From positions 98,952,001 to 99,016,000 of the forward strand of contig OX597815.1 in NCBI GenBank assembly GCA_951406725.2: DNA of 64,000 nucleotides, in the 5' to 3' direction. The translations under genes and the position numbers were made by a program. The notes beneath the pieces are model-generated. The model had not been told where the DNA came from, made no database searches, and saw only the letters and a list, made by a program, of their open reading frames with translations. This document shows positions 45,794-59,238 of the stretch, piece after piece; within the stretch, counting starts at the first letter, position 1; each line of letters starts with the position of its first letter. The stretch comes from Octopus vulgaris. Taxonomy: Eukaryota.

Positions 45794-45874
45794 ATCCACG
45801 GCCTGATGAGTATCTAGCTTGTGTAAATAATACATAAGAGGATCGACTAGCATGGAAACATATGTAGCTTGGAT
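45794..45874 (+). ncRNA. Candidate type I hammerhead ribozyme with palindromic stem III
   Basis: Stem I atcca-c-ggc/gcttggat; CTGATGA at 45803-45809; long stem II containing ctag/ctag; GAAA at 45855-45858; catatg; GUA triplet at 45864-45866. Confidence 0.65.
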
Positions 45875-46598
45875 TTTACCTCTCCCACTCCCTCTATATG
45901 TATATATATATATATATATATTTGCTCCTTCATTTTCTCTCTACCTTTCTCTTGTACATTTGCCTCCCCTTCTCCCTCTCTCTTTCTCCTTTTATTCTCT
46001 CTTTTCCTGTCTCTGTGTCTTTTCCTTTCCTCTTCACAGATCTCTGTCTGTTTCTCTCTCTCTCTCCCTCACTTTTACTCCTTTGCTCACATGCCCCCCC
46101 CCCCCACTTGACTACCGGCTATTCTCCTAACTTGTGTTTCTTTCTTTCTTCCTGTTTCAGCTCGACAGGGAAGACGTATTGTTCTCTGTCTCCTGTCCAG
46201 GTTTGTTTCCTCGCGTTCGTCACCGCAAACTCGTTTAGGTTTAGCAGCCCTTCCTGTTTGTTTTTACTGTCCTGTTTTTGTCCCCATCTTGACCCTCCGC
46301 AAGATCGCAAATTTTATTTAATCTGCTTTGCAGGAGAAACTGTTTTATCGAATGGGTATCTTGTCGTTAATTGCTCGAAATACGGACTAGAAAAACAACC
46401 GACAACTAATGAAGGGTCGTTCCTTGTGTTGCTTGTCTTGTTTTCCATTGGTTTCTTTCGTTGCTTGCAAAAAAAAGCCCTCATTCCATGACTTCGTACT
46501 TCGTATTATCTATTGTTTATGTTTTATGACGTCCTGTGCCCACATACGCATATGTATATACGTAAACATGCAAGTATGTACGTATACGTTTGTATATA

Positions 46599-46636
<38 letters not shown>

Positions 46637-46708
46637 AGTATGCATATATATATAGATAGATATAGATATAAATATGTGACACTCTGTATATAAATATATA
46701 TATATATA

Positions 46709-46799
<91 letters not shown>

Positions 46800-47824
46800 G
46801 TACATACACACATTTAGATCATCTTTATTTGCCACTGGTGTTGCTGTTTGATACCTTGTTAAGGAACAGACAAAAAGCTCTTTCATTATTTATGCTATCA
46901 ATAAACTGAAACAAACGCGATGACGCAGAAAAGTAAAACATTGTGAAAGCTGATAATTAAACAATAATATTAATGACAACGCTAGTGTTAATTGTGGCAT
47001 TGTGATGATGTTAACGATATACGGCGGAAAGTAAGGATGTGGTTTTCGAGCACGGCGGCGGCGTAAGCGGCGTTGGTGTTGCTGTTGTTGTTGTTGTTGC
47101 TGTTGTTGATGGCGGTGATGGTGGTGGGGCTGGCAGTGATGGTGGGGGTGGCGGCGGCGGTGGTGGTGGTGGTAGATATGTTGACAACTCTACCGGTTAG
47201 AGAGAAAGCTACGGGCATTGTTGGAAGCTAAAACTATAAATTGTGTGAGAGCAAGAAAGAAATCGAGAAGGATGGTGATGGTTGACGTTAAAGCGGAGCT
47301 GCAGGAGGAGGGGGAAAGTGAAGGAGAAGGAGAAGATGTAGCATAAGGAGGAGTGTCAGTGAAGGAAAAAAAAAAGAAAGTGTACGAATAACTATGACAA
47401 CAATGCTACAATGATGTTAATGTTGATGATGACAAAACAGCGCTGACAATATTGATGACAAAGTTAATGATAGTTCTGAAGTCTTGATGGACATCACACA
47501 ACAAAGTCTACGAACAACGGCCCGTAGCTATTTGCTGGCGCTTTGTCACAGAATTTTTACTAACAAAGGTCGTAATGAAGATATTAAATATGCAGCCCCC
47601 AGTAGTGAGTACACGCAGCATCCGCAGCAGCCTCTATCTGTTTCATAGTGCTAGGGTATATCTCTGTGCGTATTTGTGTATGTGTATGATACTGAGACAC
47701 AGAGAGAGAGATGGAAGCGCCGCCCTATGCGTGTATACCTATATTTATGCATATATACTTCATTCATAAGTAAATGCACGAATATATATGTACGTAGGTA
47801 GAAATTTATAAATATATGTGCATA

Positions 47825-47886
<62 letters not shown>

Positions 47887-48680
47887 CATATATACATATA
47901 TATATATACGTAAATATATAGATAGGTAGATAGATAGATAGAGGGAGAGAGAGAGAGAGACAGATAGATACATAGATATAGATATTCAGTGTATATACGT
48001 ACTGGTGCATATTCATACGTATACGTACATTCATATGCATATATATATATAGGCCTATACATACAAACAGCACACGCACACGCACTTATATATATTTGTT
48101 TGCATGTATGCGTGTGTTTATGTATAAATATATCGTATTACATGCATTCATATATATACATACACTCGCACACACACACACACACACACACGCTCACTTG
48201 CACATTGGCGAGAGGCACTACTCCTGCCCCATTCTGTCTCCCAGCCACCACCACTCCCACAACCGTTGAGCTGTGCGGGAAGCATAAAATTGATTAGGTA
48301 TGTGAAACTAGTAATTAAGTATATGTTAACGCCATTAAAGTTGATGGGCACTTAGCATGGTGAGCCCCGCAGCCACTTATGGAATGTTCACCTACGATTT
48401 TTGATTTCAGTCTCTTTTTGTTTTTTAACATTGAATTTCTCATATAATTCTCATTTTACCCTCCCACCAGTATATATCTCTGTCCCTCTCTCTTTCTCTC
48501 TCTTTCTCACTAAATCTCTTTATCTTCCACTCTCAATCTGTCTTACTTTAGCTCTCTCTTCCTCTCTCGTTTTGTCTTTGCCTAAATTTTAATCTTTTTT
48601 CTCTCCCTCCCTAGTTTGTGTACACACACTCTTTTATAATTTAAAACTTTTTTTCTGTATCGCTCCACTTCTCTCTCTCT

Positions 48681-49067
<387 letters not shown>

Positions 49068-49568
49068 AATGTCGCAATCATTGTCTCTTTTGCCTCACCT
49101 TCCTTCTCCAAAATATCTGTGCTATAAACCCTTAAGATTCGCAAAAAATAGGTTCTTCTCATTTCAGGAGCTCCTTCAACCGTATGTGTAAACACACACA
49201 AAGAATAAATAAACACATACACCCATTCACATATAATCTTAGACGCTGCACGCTCGTATATACATGTACAAAAACACCCTCAAAAAAACGCACAGCGTCA
49301 CACACACACTCATGCTGGTAAACAGACATACACTCGTAAACAAAAATACAAATAATATAAGCTCACAGAATCATAGGCACACGAATATTCAATCATATAT
49401 TACTACAAATCCATACATGCACACAGAGGATAAACATACACTTATGCATACATCTTCATTAGTTCGTCTCAGCGAACATTCTTGCTTACGTTTTTTTAAT
49501 GATCTCACAATAAATTTATATCCTACATCCTTTTCTCTCATATTTGTGTTGGAAAAGGATGTGTGAGT

Positions 49569-49647
<79 letters not shown>

Positions 49648-49884
49648 TATGTCTATATATAGATATGCGTGTGTGTATATGTCGAATCTTCTAATTCTCT
49701 TATTCAAAGCGAAGATCCCTCGCATCGTATTTGAAACTAAATATTCTTCCAAATATCTTTCTCGCGTATTGCAAACTGAAAGTTCCTCTAGAGACATATC
49801 TATACCAAGTACGTAGTACGTTTCATACAAAGGATTTCATATTCCCAGTCAATCTCTCTTTCTACACACAAACACACGTACACA

Positions 49885-49941
<57 letters not shown>

Positions 49942-52207
49942 ACATACACACATAGAAAACTAAAGGCGAGATGAAGTGCAATAAAAATTCTCATTAATAT
50001 CTTTAATCTCTCATAACAGAATGAAGTTAGAATGAAATTTCTTAACGTTTCCAGTATTAGCTCCTCTTCAGGAGAAGGAAACGTAAAGGGAATCAAAGTG
50101 CAACTATAGAAAACTAGCTCTTGAATTTTTGAGTGCGTGTCTGTGCTTGCATGCGTCTGTATATGCGTATAGACATTCACACTTACATACATAGATGGAT
50201 TTATTTTCAACAGCTTCTATTCTAGACATGTTGTATTTAATGTACCAGGCCTTCGTGTTTTATTGTTTCTACAATTTTGAGTTCTTTGCAGAGCAAGACG
50301 ACACAACGACAGAAATATGCGTAATAAGCAAGATGTGTAGTATAGTTTTATAATAAACACATCGCAAGGCATCGAGGAATTTAAGTAAGGTTCATTAAAA
50401 TACTTCGTACCAAAATTTATGAAGTAGACCAGTACAAATATAATTCTATTCCTTGAAATAAATTTTCAGTAACAAGGAATAAAAGAAAACACATAACATT
50501 CGTTTACACAAAAGATCTATATACATTCGAATGTCCATTAATGTAGTAAAAAACATTCAAATGTGCATTGAGTTCCTTCTCTGCAAACGGAGCAGTGCAC
50601 AAAGAATTAAGCTGAATAAAACAATCACTCTTTAATCACAGTATTAATAATAGACCCAGGCACAGAGCGACACAACAGAAACGTAAGGCTGCAAATTCTT
50701 TAGACGCCAAACCTAAAAAAAAAAAAAAATAGATAGGTTATCCGCAAAATGTGTCTAAGTAAATGCGAGGTTATTCACAGTTCAAATACTCTGTCCGGTA
50801 TGTTCAAATCAGCTCGCAGTGCACTCTGTCCTGTACGTTCGAACCAGCTCGCAGTTCTGTCCAGTTTCTGTGACTGAAGAGAAAATAAACATTCGGAAAT
50901 ATTTGCATCTCATAGTTTGGGTTGGTGACTCCTTCTAGTTGATTTTGCTGAATTTACACCAAATGTCTACAGCAAGAAACTTTATCCGTGATAAAAGACA
51001 GTGAATAGCTTCCTTACGGGTTCGAACGTGCCCCAAGCATATTTGAACTGGTAATAACCTTGCATTTATACGCACCACTACTTAGCGCTGCCACTCTGTA
51101 ATTTGCATAAGTAAAATGCCTTTTAACTATACAATAGGAAAGCAGACGAGCAAAACTTCGTAAAACACGATGGAGAGTGTGTTGCACTAATCGATAATTT
51201 AACTTGGAAACTATACTATAAACATATTGAACAAGAAACCATAAATATGTAGTCATACGCACACGCTGCTAATGATCTTTGCAATTAATAAATCTAATAG
51301 CAAATGATAATATTGTAAACTGTATGAATTTAACTGCTAGATAGTGTTTGGTTTTAATGAGTGAGTGTCCATATTGCAGCAAATATTTCATTAGTTGGAT
51401 ACGTTTGAATATATATGTATATATTTGTCTCCATGCGTTTGTCAATGTATGCGAACGAACCTGTTGCAGAGAATCTGTGTAATCATGTGTGTGAGTTTTA
51501 TGCAAATATTACACTTTTACTGATAACAATAAGCAATAGTAATATAGTTTCTCGAGCAACTGAATAGGAAAATTCATATATTACAGAGGATCCCCCACAA
51601 GTGTAGACAATTAATGACAGTTACAATACAGCTAACCTGACATAAATAACCTGAAATAAATAAACAACATACACTAGTAACAAAGAAAAATAATCACCTG
51701 TCTGACAATGATAAAGTCTTACATTATTCACATAGGCACTGACTATTAAATAGAGGCCTCAACAGCCGGCAACATCACTTCATCCAGAAGTGAAGGCTAT
51801 CGAGCACTTATACAGTACCCAGGAGCTTTTGCACTGTCTCCAATACTGTAAGATAATGGACGAAAATATTCTCAAACGGAAAAATAGCTCGAATCCTTGC
51901 CACTGAGAGGACTTCACTAAAGAGATGATGTTAAAGAGTGTGACGGTTTACGTCTGCCACTTACCTTGCCATAGTGGTATTTGAACTTAGAATGTTCAAA
52001 GTTGGAACAAATGCTGCAAGCAACCGGTCTGATATTCTAAAAGAACCACTTTGCCACAATCCTGGATCGTTCCTCTTTTGTTTGGTAATTTTTTTTCTTA
52101 TAGATCTCAAAAATTTCGAAAGCAGATTTGAACTAAGACCGCATAAGATCGGATTAAAAAACGTGAGGATGCTATCTGACGCTCTAGCAACTTTGAAAAC
52201 TTACCTA

Positions 52208-52273
<66 letters not shown>

Positions 52274-52729
52274 GTGTGTGTATGTGTGTATGTGTGTGTG
52301 TGTTTGTGTAGATAGACAGACAGATAGATAGTCTAGCTGATTGATTAAAAACGTTAGTGCGTAAGGTGTATCTATAGATATTAGTGTAATTACGATATAA
52401 GGAAAAACAGTGGTAACCAATAATACTGATAAATTGTAACTTCACAAACTGTTAATAATTGCTTTATTTAACTGATCTTCACTGATTACGAATCATCCCA
52501 AAATTGGTTACGAAATTTTCATGTAACAATGGTCTACTTCTGGCTGAGTCTTGTACACATCAGGTTACAAAAACACAACTGAGTTACGGTTGAACAAATA
52601 CATATATGTATATTTAAGTATATTTGCTTGATTTTAATTGTATTTTAGCCACTCACGTTAACATTATATTCATACTGCTCGTAGCTTTCTTTTGCAGAGC
52701 TCATTGTTAAAACACTGCATTAAAAAGAC

Positions 52730-52759
<30 letters not shown>

Positions 52760-52764
<5 letters not shown>

Positions 52765-53039
52765 TGCAGCGTGGAAGGTGTTTATGAACCATTTAAGAAA
52801 CAAACAATAACCGTTAGATTCACTTCATCATTTAACTTTAATTTGTCAAAATATTTTCGTAGCTTTGAGACCGCGACCTGTTCACTGACAAAATTCCATG
52901 CTGCATTTTGTCAGTGAACAGGTCGCGATATCAAAGCGACGAAAATATTTTGACAAATTAAATTTAAATGTTGAAGTGAATCTAACGGTTTTTGTGTGTT
53001 TCTTAAATGGCTTATAAACACCTTCCACGCTGCAATTGT
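52760..53039. repeat. Fold-back palindrome (135-bp arms, 10-nt loop) within an insert in (TA)n that extends to about 53098
   Basis: acaattgcagcgtggaaggtgtttat...ctgacaaaat and attttgtcag...ataaacaccttccacgctgcaattgt. Confidence 0.93.
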
Positions 53040-53116
53040 TTTTGTTGGAGCACACGATCTCAGATCAGGTCACTTGCTATGCAAGTGCATCTCCTTAATA
53101 TATGTATATATATAAT

Positions 53117-53155
<39 letters not shown>

Positions 53156-53181
53156 AGGTTTGGAGATGATGTACAGGTATT

Positions 53182-54949
53182 ATATATTAGAAGATCTGAA
53201 GTAATCAGAAGATCGGATGGTTTATATTTACATATATTTATTTATATATTACATTTTTTACATATATATCATATCACTTAGATTATTAGCGCTTTCTCCC
53301 ATTCTAGTAGGGTTTTCAAATCAAAATAAGTTCCTTTGTGGGGAATTTTAATCATTTTATAGAGTTTCGTAGTGGTGGGGAGGAATATAAGACAGTACAA
53401 GAGGGTGAGGTGGATGAGGAGAAAGTGAGAGAGAGAACATGTGTGTATGTGTATGTGTATGTGTGTGTGTTTGTATCTGAGGTGAGTACTAAAGAGAAAG
53501 AGGGGGAGGGAGAGGGAAGAAGAAGGAAAGAATTTTTTTGGTCTGCTGCACACAATTTTGACTCCAAGGGGGTTCTAAGAATTTCAGCTTTGACCACTTC
53601 ACAGTGTCACTGAGTGTGTGGTGGCGGGGAGGTAGGTCATAAATTATATTTCCTTTTATCATTGTGAGGATGGTCAAATGCCTTTCTGGGTTTAAGAATT
53701 CTTTCCACTTTTTATGATCGTTTTGTGGAGGTGTGTGTGTGTGTCTGTGTGTGTGTGTCCGTGTGTGTTTGTGTGTGTGTGCGTGTGTGTGTGCGTGTGC
53801 GTGTGTCTGTGTGTTTGGAGAAGGGGATAGAGACAAAAAAAAAGAAAGAAAAAGAAAAATAAGGGGAAAAAATTGTGTTGATATTTATACCACTATATAT
53901 ATATATACACGCTTATACATGAAATATTTGAAAAAACTTTTTATCGGTTCAAAATGAACAACTAAATTACACCATCTATAAAACAATCAATAGAAAAGTA
54001 CAGAGAACTTATAGACGAACGCTTCAAGACAAACTCTATCACCCAAGCCACCCAACTAATACTCGAAAAAAATACATTCTCATTCAACAACAAGACATAC
54101 CGACAGATAAAAGGCACGGCTATGGGTACAAAATTCGCACCTTCATATGCCAACCTGGTGATGGGTTTCCTGGAGAACAAACTATATGATGAAATAGGGA
54201 AAGTCTTCGAACACGACTTCAGAGAAGACATCAAGAAAAAGTGGAAACGCTACCTCGATGACTGCTTTATCTTTTGGAACAGATCAGAAGAAGACCTACG
54301 AACATTCCACAACATCCTCAATACGCTGCACCCATCTATCAACTTCACAAAAGATATCAGCCACAACGAACTTCCCTTCCTAGACATCAACATCAAAATA
54401 CACAACTCCATCGTCACAACAGACAGCCACTACAAAAAAACTGACACACACCAATACTTAAATTTCCACTCCAGCCACCCATCTCACACAAAAACAAACA
54501 TCCCATATAGTATGGCATGACGAATATGTAGCATAGTAACTGATTCACAAAAACGACTAATAAGACTAGATGAACTCAAAAACTTCCTCCTAGAGCAAAA
54601 ATACCCACTTAAACTAATAGAAAATGGAATCACAAGAGCATTAAAACTAGCCATCGCACAACTCAGGACACCCAAAACAAAACACACATACACATACACA
54701 CATGTTCTATCTCTCACTTTCTCCTCATCCACCTCACCCTCTTGTACTGTCTTATATTCCTCCCCACCACTACGAAACTCTATAAAATGATTAAAATTCC
54801 CCACAAAGGAACTTATTTTGATTTGAAAACCCCACTAGAATGGGAGAAAGCGCTAATGATCTAAGTGATATGATATATATGTAAAAAATGTAATATATAA
54901 ATAAATATCTGTAAATATAAACCATCCGTTCTTCTGATTACCTCATTTC

Positions 54950-54960
<11 letters not shown>
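53182..54960 (+). mobile_element. Penelope-like element: RT fragment bracketed by about 285-bp inverted repeats
   Basis: About 53962-54677 encodes YRQIKGTAMGTKFAPSYANLVMG, WKRYLDDCF, LPFLDI and YLNFHSSHPSHTK (one stop at 54518). Arms 53182-53473 and 54678-54960 are near-perfect reverse complements. (TA)n lies outside. Confidence 0.92.
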
Positions 54961-54992
<32 letters not shown>

Positions 54993-55100
54993 AACTATCG
55001 ATTTTTTGTACTTATATATTATATATATATGTGTGTGTGTTTTTTGTTATTGTGTATTTAACACCAGTACATCTCCTATACACGCACATACATCTGTATG

Positions 55101-55323
55101 CAGTAATCCCTCGCCATGTCGCGGTTCACTTATCGCGGTTTATTATCTACGCTTACGTTGATTCCTATGTGGTGTTATTTTGTATTTATAATAAAATAAA
55201 TACACGCAAATTATAAAAATAATGTTAGAAAATACTCATTACAGTACTGTTTCTGCTTCGCAGGTTTTCACCTATCGCGTGGGGTTTTGGAACGTAACAC
55301 TCGCGATAGTCGAGGTATTATTG
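55101..55323. mobile_element. Tigger/pogo-like MITE
   Basis: Imperfect TIRs cagtaatccctcgccatgtcgcg and cgcgatagtcgaggtattattg. TA on the right, TG on the left. Confidence 0.75.
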
Positions 55324-55424
55324 TATAATCATGCTTATATCTACACGTAAGATAAGAGAGAGAGGGAGGCTTCGTATGTAACTCAATTTCTCTTTCACTT
55401 CTCTCTCTCTCTTTCAGTACGCAA

Positions 55425-55456
<32 letters not shown>

Positions 55457-55979
55457 CGTGGAAGAGAGAAAGAGGAGACAGAGTGAGACAGATGAATAGA
55501 TAGATATCAAGCTTCAATGGAAAACGACAAAAGTGCAGCAACAAAATTAAAATTGTGGCAACACCAAATGTCATAGAAAAAAAGAAGCAAATTTGTTGAA
55601 AAGATCTGGGGAAAAAGTTACGAAAAAATTCAGTAAATGGCTGATGGTGTTTATTTTTTCATTTCAGCATTATTTTTAAAATATTAAAAAAAACTCATTC
55701 TTTTTTTTTCACCTATGTGCAATATACTATTATATGAATTGTGCTTGATCGTGCAAAAGTCATGTAATGTATTAGCAATAAATAAACAAAAAAAAATTAT
55801 TATTTGTTATAATATTTTCCTTTTGTCTTCAAATGAAATATACCATTTCAACCTTTGGCATTAATTCCGAGCTCGGACTACAAAGTTTTTACCGTGACGT
55901 TCTCATGTGATTGTATTTCATTTCTCTATTAAAATAAGTGTTTCATTTCTTTCTATTTCATTTCATCTTACAACATATA

Positions 55980-56180
55980 CTCTATCTTTTACCTGTTTCA
56001 TTCATCAGATGGGGCCCATACTGAGGCATCGCTTTGAAAGGTTTAGTCGAACAAACTGATCCCAGTATTTTTTTTTCCGTAAGCTAATTCTGTCATTTTT
56101 GAGGAACCACGACAGAGATGTAAATAAGGCAAAAAACCGTTGTCAAGCGACAGTGGTTGACAAAGAAACGCACACAAACA
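55980..56180 (-). mobile_element. SINE family A, 3' half (diverged), abutting a mariner
   Basis: ttacctgtttca, ttagtcgaacaaa and ccgttgtcaagcga. Confidence 0.7.
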
Positions 56181-56182
56181 TA

Positions 56183-57009
56183 TGACGGGGTACCCAATAG
56201 AAATTGGTATTTTGCAATATTATTTTATTCACTTAGTTTTACATGTTTACACTTTTATTGCCTTCAAAATATTCTCCCTCTGAAGCAATGCAACGGTTCA
56301 GGCGTGTTTTCCACTGCTCGAAAAAATGCTGTAACTCTTACGAAGTGAATACCTTTTAAAGCCTCTATCATTTTCTCTTCACCTCTTTCACATCTGCGCA
56401 TACCGTAGCTTTCGTCACCAGTGATGACGTTCGAAAAAAGGTCTGGATCAACTACTAACTGTTGTTTCAGTTTACGCATTCTGTCCTGACTGCATTTGAT
56501 CTTCCATGAGCAAGTGAGGCACAAATTGTGTTGCAACTCTTTCCATTCGCAATTCCTCGCTCAAAATTCGTTGACAGGAGCTCCAGAACACACCAGTAAT
56601 ATCAACAACTTCGTCAATTGTTCGGTAACAATCCTCCAAGATCAATTCTTGAATTTTCATGATGTCTTCATTCGTTCGAGGGGTCAACGGGCGCTCTGAA
56701 CGAGGCTGGTCTTCAAGCGACAAGTGATCGTTCTTAAGGCGTGAAACCTTTCGTAAGCTTGTTTGCTCATGGCAGCGTCCATGTAAGCCGTTTGAAGTAT
56801 GACAACTATTTCGGCCGCCGCTTTCCCTAACAGAAAACAGAATTTCACGGAAGCACGCTGAACAATGGGGAAGCACTGCAAAACGAAGACAAACTTCGCA
56901 GTGATACGACTTCACAGGACGCCACCGGTCGGTAACCTGATGCCTGAGAGATGCATCAAGTGGCTTGTTCCACAAAGATCGTTACCGGTTCCTTTTGGGT
57001 ACCCCCTCG
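56183..57009 (-). mobile_element. Internally deleted mariner transposon
   Basis: TIRs ta|tgacggggtacccaatagaaattgg and ccggttccttttgggtaccccctcg|ta. QRASVKFCFLLGK, LEDQPRSERP, FVPHLL and VITGDES are joined directly to the C-terminal region. Confidence 0.9.
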
Positions 57010-57066
<57 letters not shown>

Positions 57067-57150
57067 TCGAAAATAAGCAACAAGAATGATTCCGGTAAGA
57101 TCAGCAAAAATTTAGATTCAAATGAATATGATACTTAATATAGATGCACC

Positions 57151-57375
57151 AGAATTTTGTATGGTGTTACGCATAAAAATTTGCGGGGTGATTATAATAA
57201 AAAATAAGCAACAAGGATGATTCCGGTAATTTGGTACAATCATTTCATACAACAACATTTAAGTAAAATGTTGTAGTATGAAACGATTGTACCAAATTAC
57301 CGGAATCATTCTTGCTGCTTATTTTTTATTATAATCACCCCGCAAATTTTTATGGGTAACACCATACAAAATTCT
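57151..57375. repeat. Fold-back palindrome (110-bp arms, 5-nt loop) within an insert (about 57064-57400) in (TA)n
   Basis: Arms 57151-57260 and 57266-57375. Additional outer inverted repeat taagatcagcaaaaatttag/ctaaatttttgctgatctta. Confidence 0.93.
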
Positions 57376-57624
57376 AAACACTAAATTTTTGCTGATCTTA
57401 TATATATACATATATATAAGTGAGTATGTGTGTGTGTATATATATTGCGTGTGTGTGAGAGAGAGTGAATGACTGGAAACACGCGAGAAGGGGCAATCCG
57501 CACATTTATTAGGAGTTACATGTATTATTCAAAACAGATTCGGATTCCATGCTACTTCAAATTCCGAAGCCTTTAACGAGGCTTTTCTCGTCAGGCACGT
57601 AAGAATACATACATATATATATAT

Positions 57625-57797
57625 GTTCTCTCTTTTACTCTCTTTTATTTGTTTCAGTCATTTGACTGCGGTCATGCTAGAGCCTAATACTTATTCTATC
57701 GGTCTCTTTTGCCGAACCGCTAAGTTACGTGGACGTAAACACACCACCATCGGTTGTCAAGCGATATTGGAGGGACAAACACAGACACACAAACTCA

Positions 57798-57865
<68 letters not shown>

Positions 57866-58034
57866 CATATATACGACGGGCTTCTTTCAGTTTCCGTCTA
57901 CCAAATCCACTCACAAGGCTTTGGTCGGCCCGAGGCTATAGTAGAAGACACTTGCCCAAGGTGCCTGGCAGTGGGACTGAACCCGGAACCATGTGTTTGT
58001 TTAGCAAGCTACTTACCACACAGCCACTCCTGCG

Positions 58035-58036
<2 letters not shown>
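57625..58036 (-). mobile_element. SINE family A, near full-length
   Basis: On the + strand it ends cagccactcctgcgcc (the 5' head). Internal (CA)n(TA)n at about 57795-57873. Confidence 0.9.
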
Positions 58037-58073
<37 letters not shown>

Positions 58074-58245
58074 GTTTAAATATTTGTTGTGCAAGATTTT
58101 TTATGTGAAGTCGTGTGTTGAAACAGATATTGTTGTATTTAGGAATGGTCATTTTGCCAGTTTAGCCAATAAAAACACACGCACTATATATTTGGTGTTA
58201 CTTTGCTTCAGTGTTATTTATTTTTTACATTAATCTTAATCTTAT

Positions 58246-58292
58246 TTCGGTCAGAGTTCTTTCGTCACACTCCTGTGACCGCATCAGTGGTC
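58246..58292 (-). ncRNA. Variant hammerhead-like motif
   Basis: Minus strand reads cca CTGATGCg gtcac-aggagt-gtgac GAAA gaac TC tga. Stem II is perfect, and the core has A9 to C. Confidence 0.45.
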
Positions 58293-58329
58293 CTTTGTTT
58301 TCTTCTTACTTATTTGTGTCTCTCCTTAC

Positions 58330-58500
58330 AATGGGTTACTCTCAGTTTCCATCAACCTAATCCACTCGAAAGTCTTTGTTACGCCAGAGACTATAGTGGT
58401 ACAGTACAAAACAATTGCTCAAGTTGCAAGGTTCCACGCAACGGGACCGAATCCAGATGCAGGTGTTTGGGAAGAAAACTTCCTACCAGACAGCCATGCA
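58330..58500 (-). mobile_element. Degenerate SINE family A, 5' half
   Basis: tcagtttcc, aatccactc, ccacgcaacgggac and cagccatgc. Confidence 0.6.
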
Positions 58501-58738
58501 AATTCATTATATTTCTCTTGCCGTTCTAAATAATGAGTATAGGTTGGTCTACTGTAGCCTCTATTCGCATATGTATTCAGCGTCGTCTTTGAAACGGGTA
58601 ACGTTCATTCCTTATAGCGTAAAACGGAACTCGAATGTAACCAGGCAATATTTCTAAGAATCCTAAATTGGTAAGGGGCATGAATAAGAGTGTCTTGTGT
58701 CTGTCTGACAGTCTCTCTGTTTGTACGTATGTAATTAA

Positions 58739-58770
<32 letters not shown>

Positions 58771-59110
58771 GTTGCGTATGTTTATGTGTACATGTGTTTA
58801 TTCCTGTCATCATTGCAAAAGGGTTTTGCCGAACGAATCATATATTTAACTAGTTGCATGCATGTATGTGCGCGCGCGTGCGTGTGTGTGTGTGTGTGAG
58901 CATGCGCACGAATGTGTGTGTGTCCTCAACGCCGTTTAAGACCATCTTTCAAGCTTTTAAAATTGATGCATGTACATGCGTATACACAGACATATACGCA
59001 CACAAGCATACGTATGAATATATATGCTTGTGTGCGTGTATGTCTGTGTATACGCATACACAGAGAGACTCAGATAGCTATGAGTTTTTTGATGTTTGAA
59101 TGTGTGGCTG

Positions 59111-59174
<64 letters not shown>

Positions 59175-59187
59175 AATCTGTGTGTGT

Positions 59188-59235
<48 letters not shown>
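59111..59235. repeat. (TATC)n(TG)n microsatellite
   Basis: Directly visible. Confidence 0.95.

Positions 59236-59238
<3 letters not shown>

Noticed and set aside
46890-47220. His/Gln/Pro-rich frames and a signal-peptide-like MPQLTLALSLILLF on the minus strand
   Set aside because: Low-complexity trinucleotide tract, early stop and no convincing splice donor.
51959-51970. Perfect minus-strand donor AAG|GTAAGT
   Set aside because: The would-be exon is a decayed SINE B fragment with no supported acceptor or ORF.
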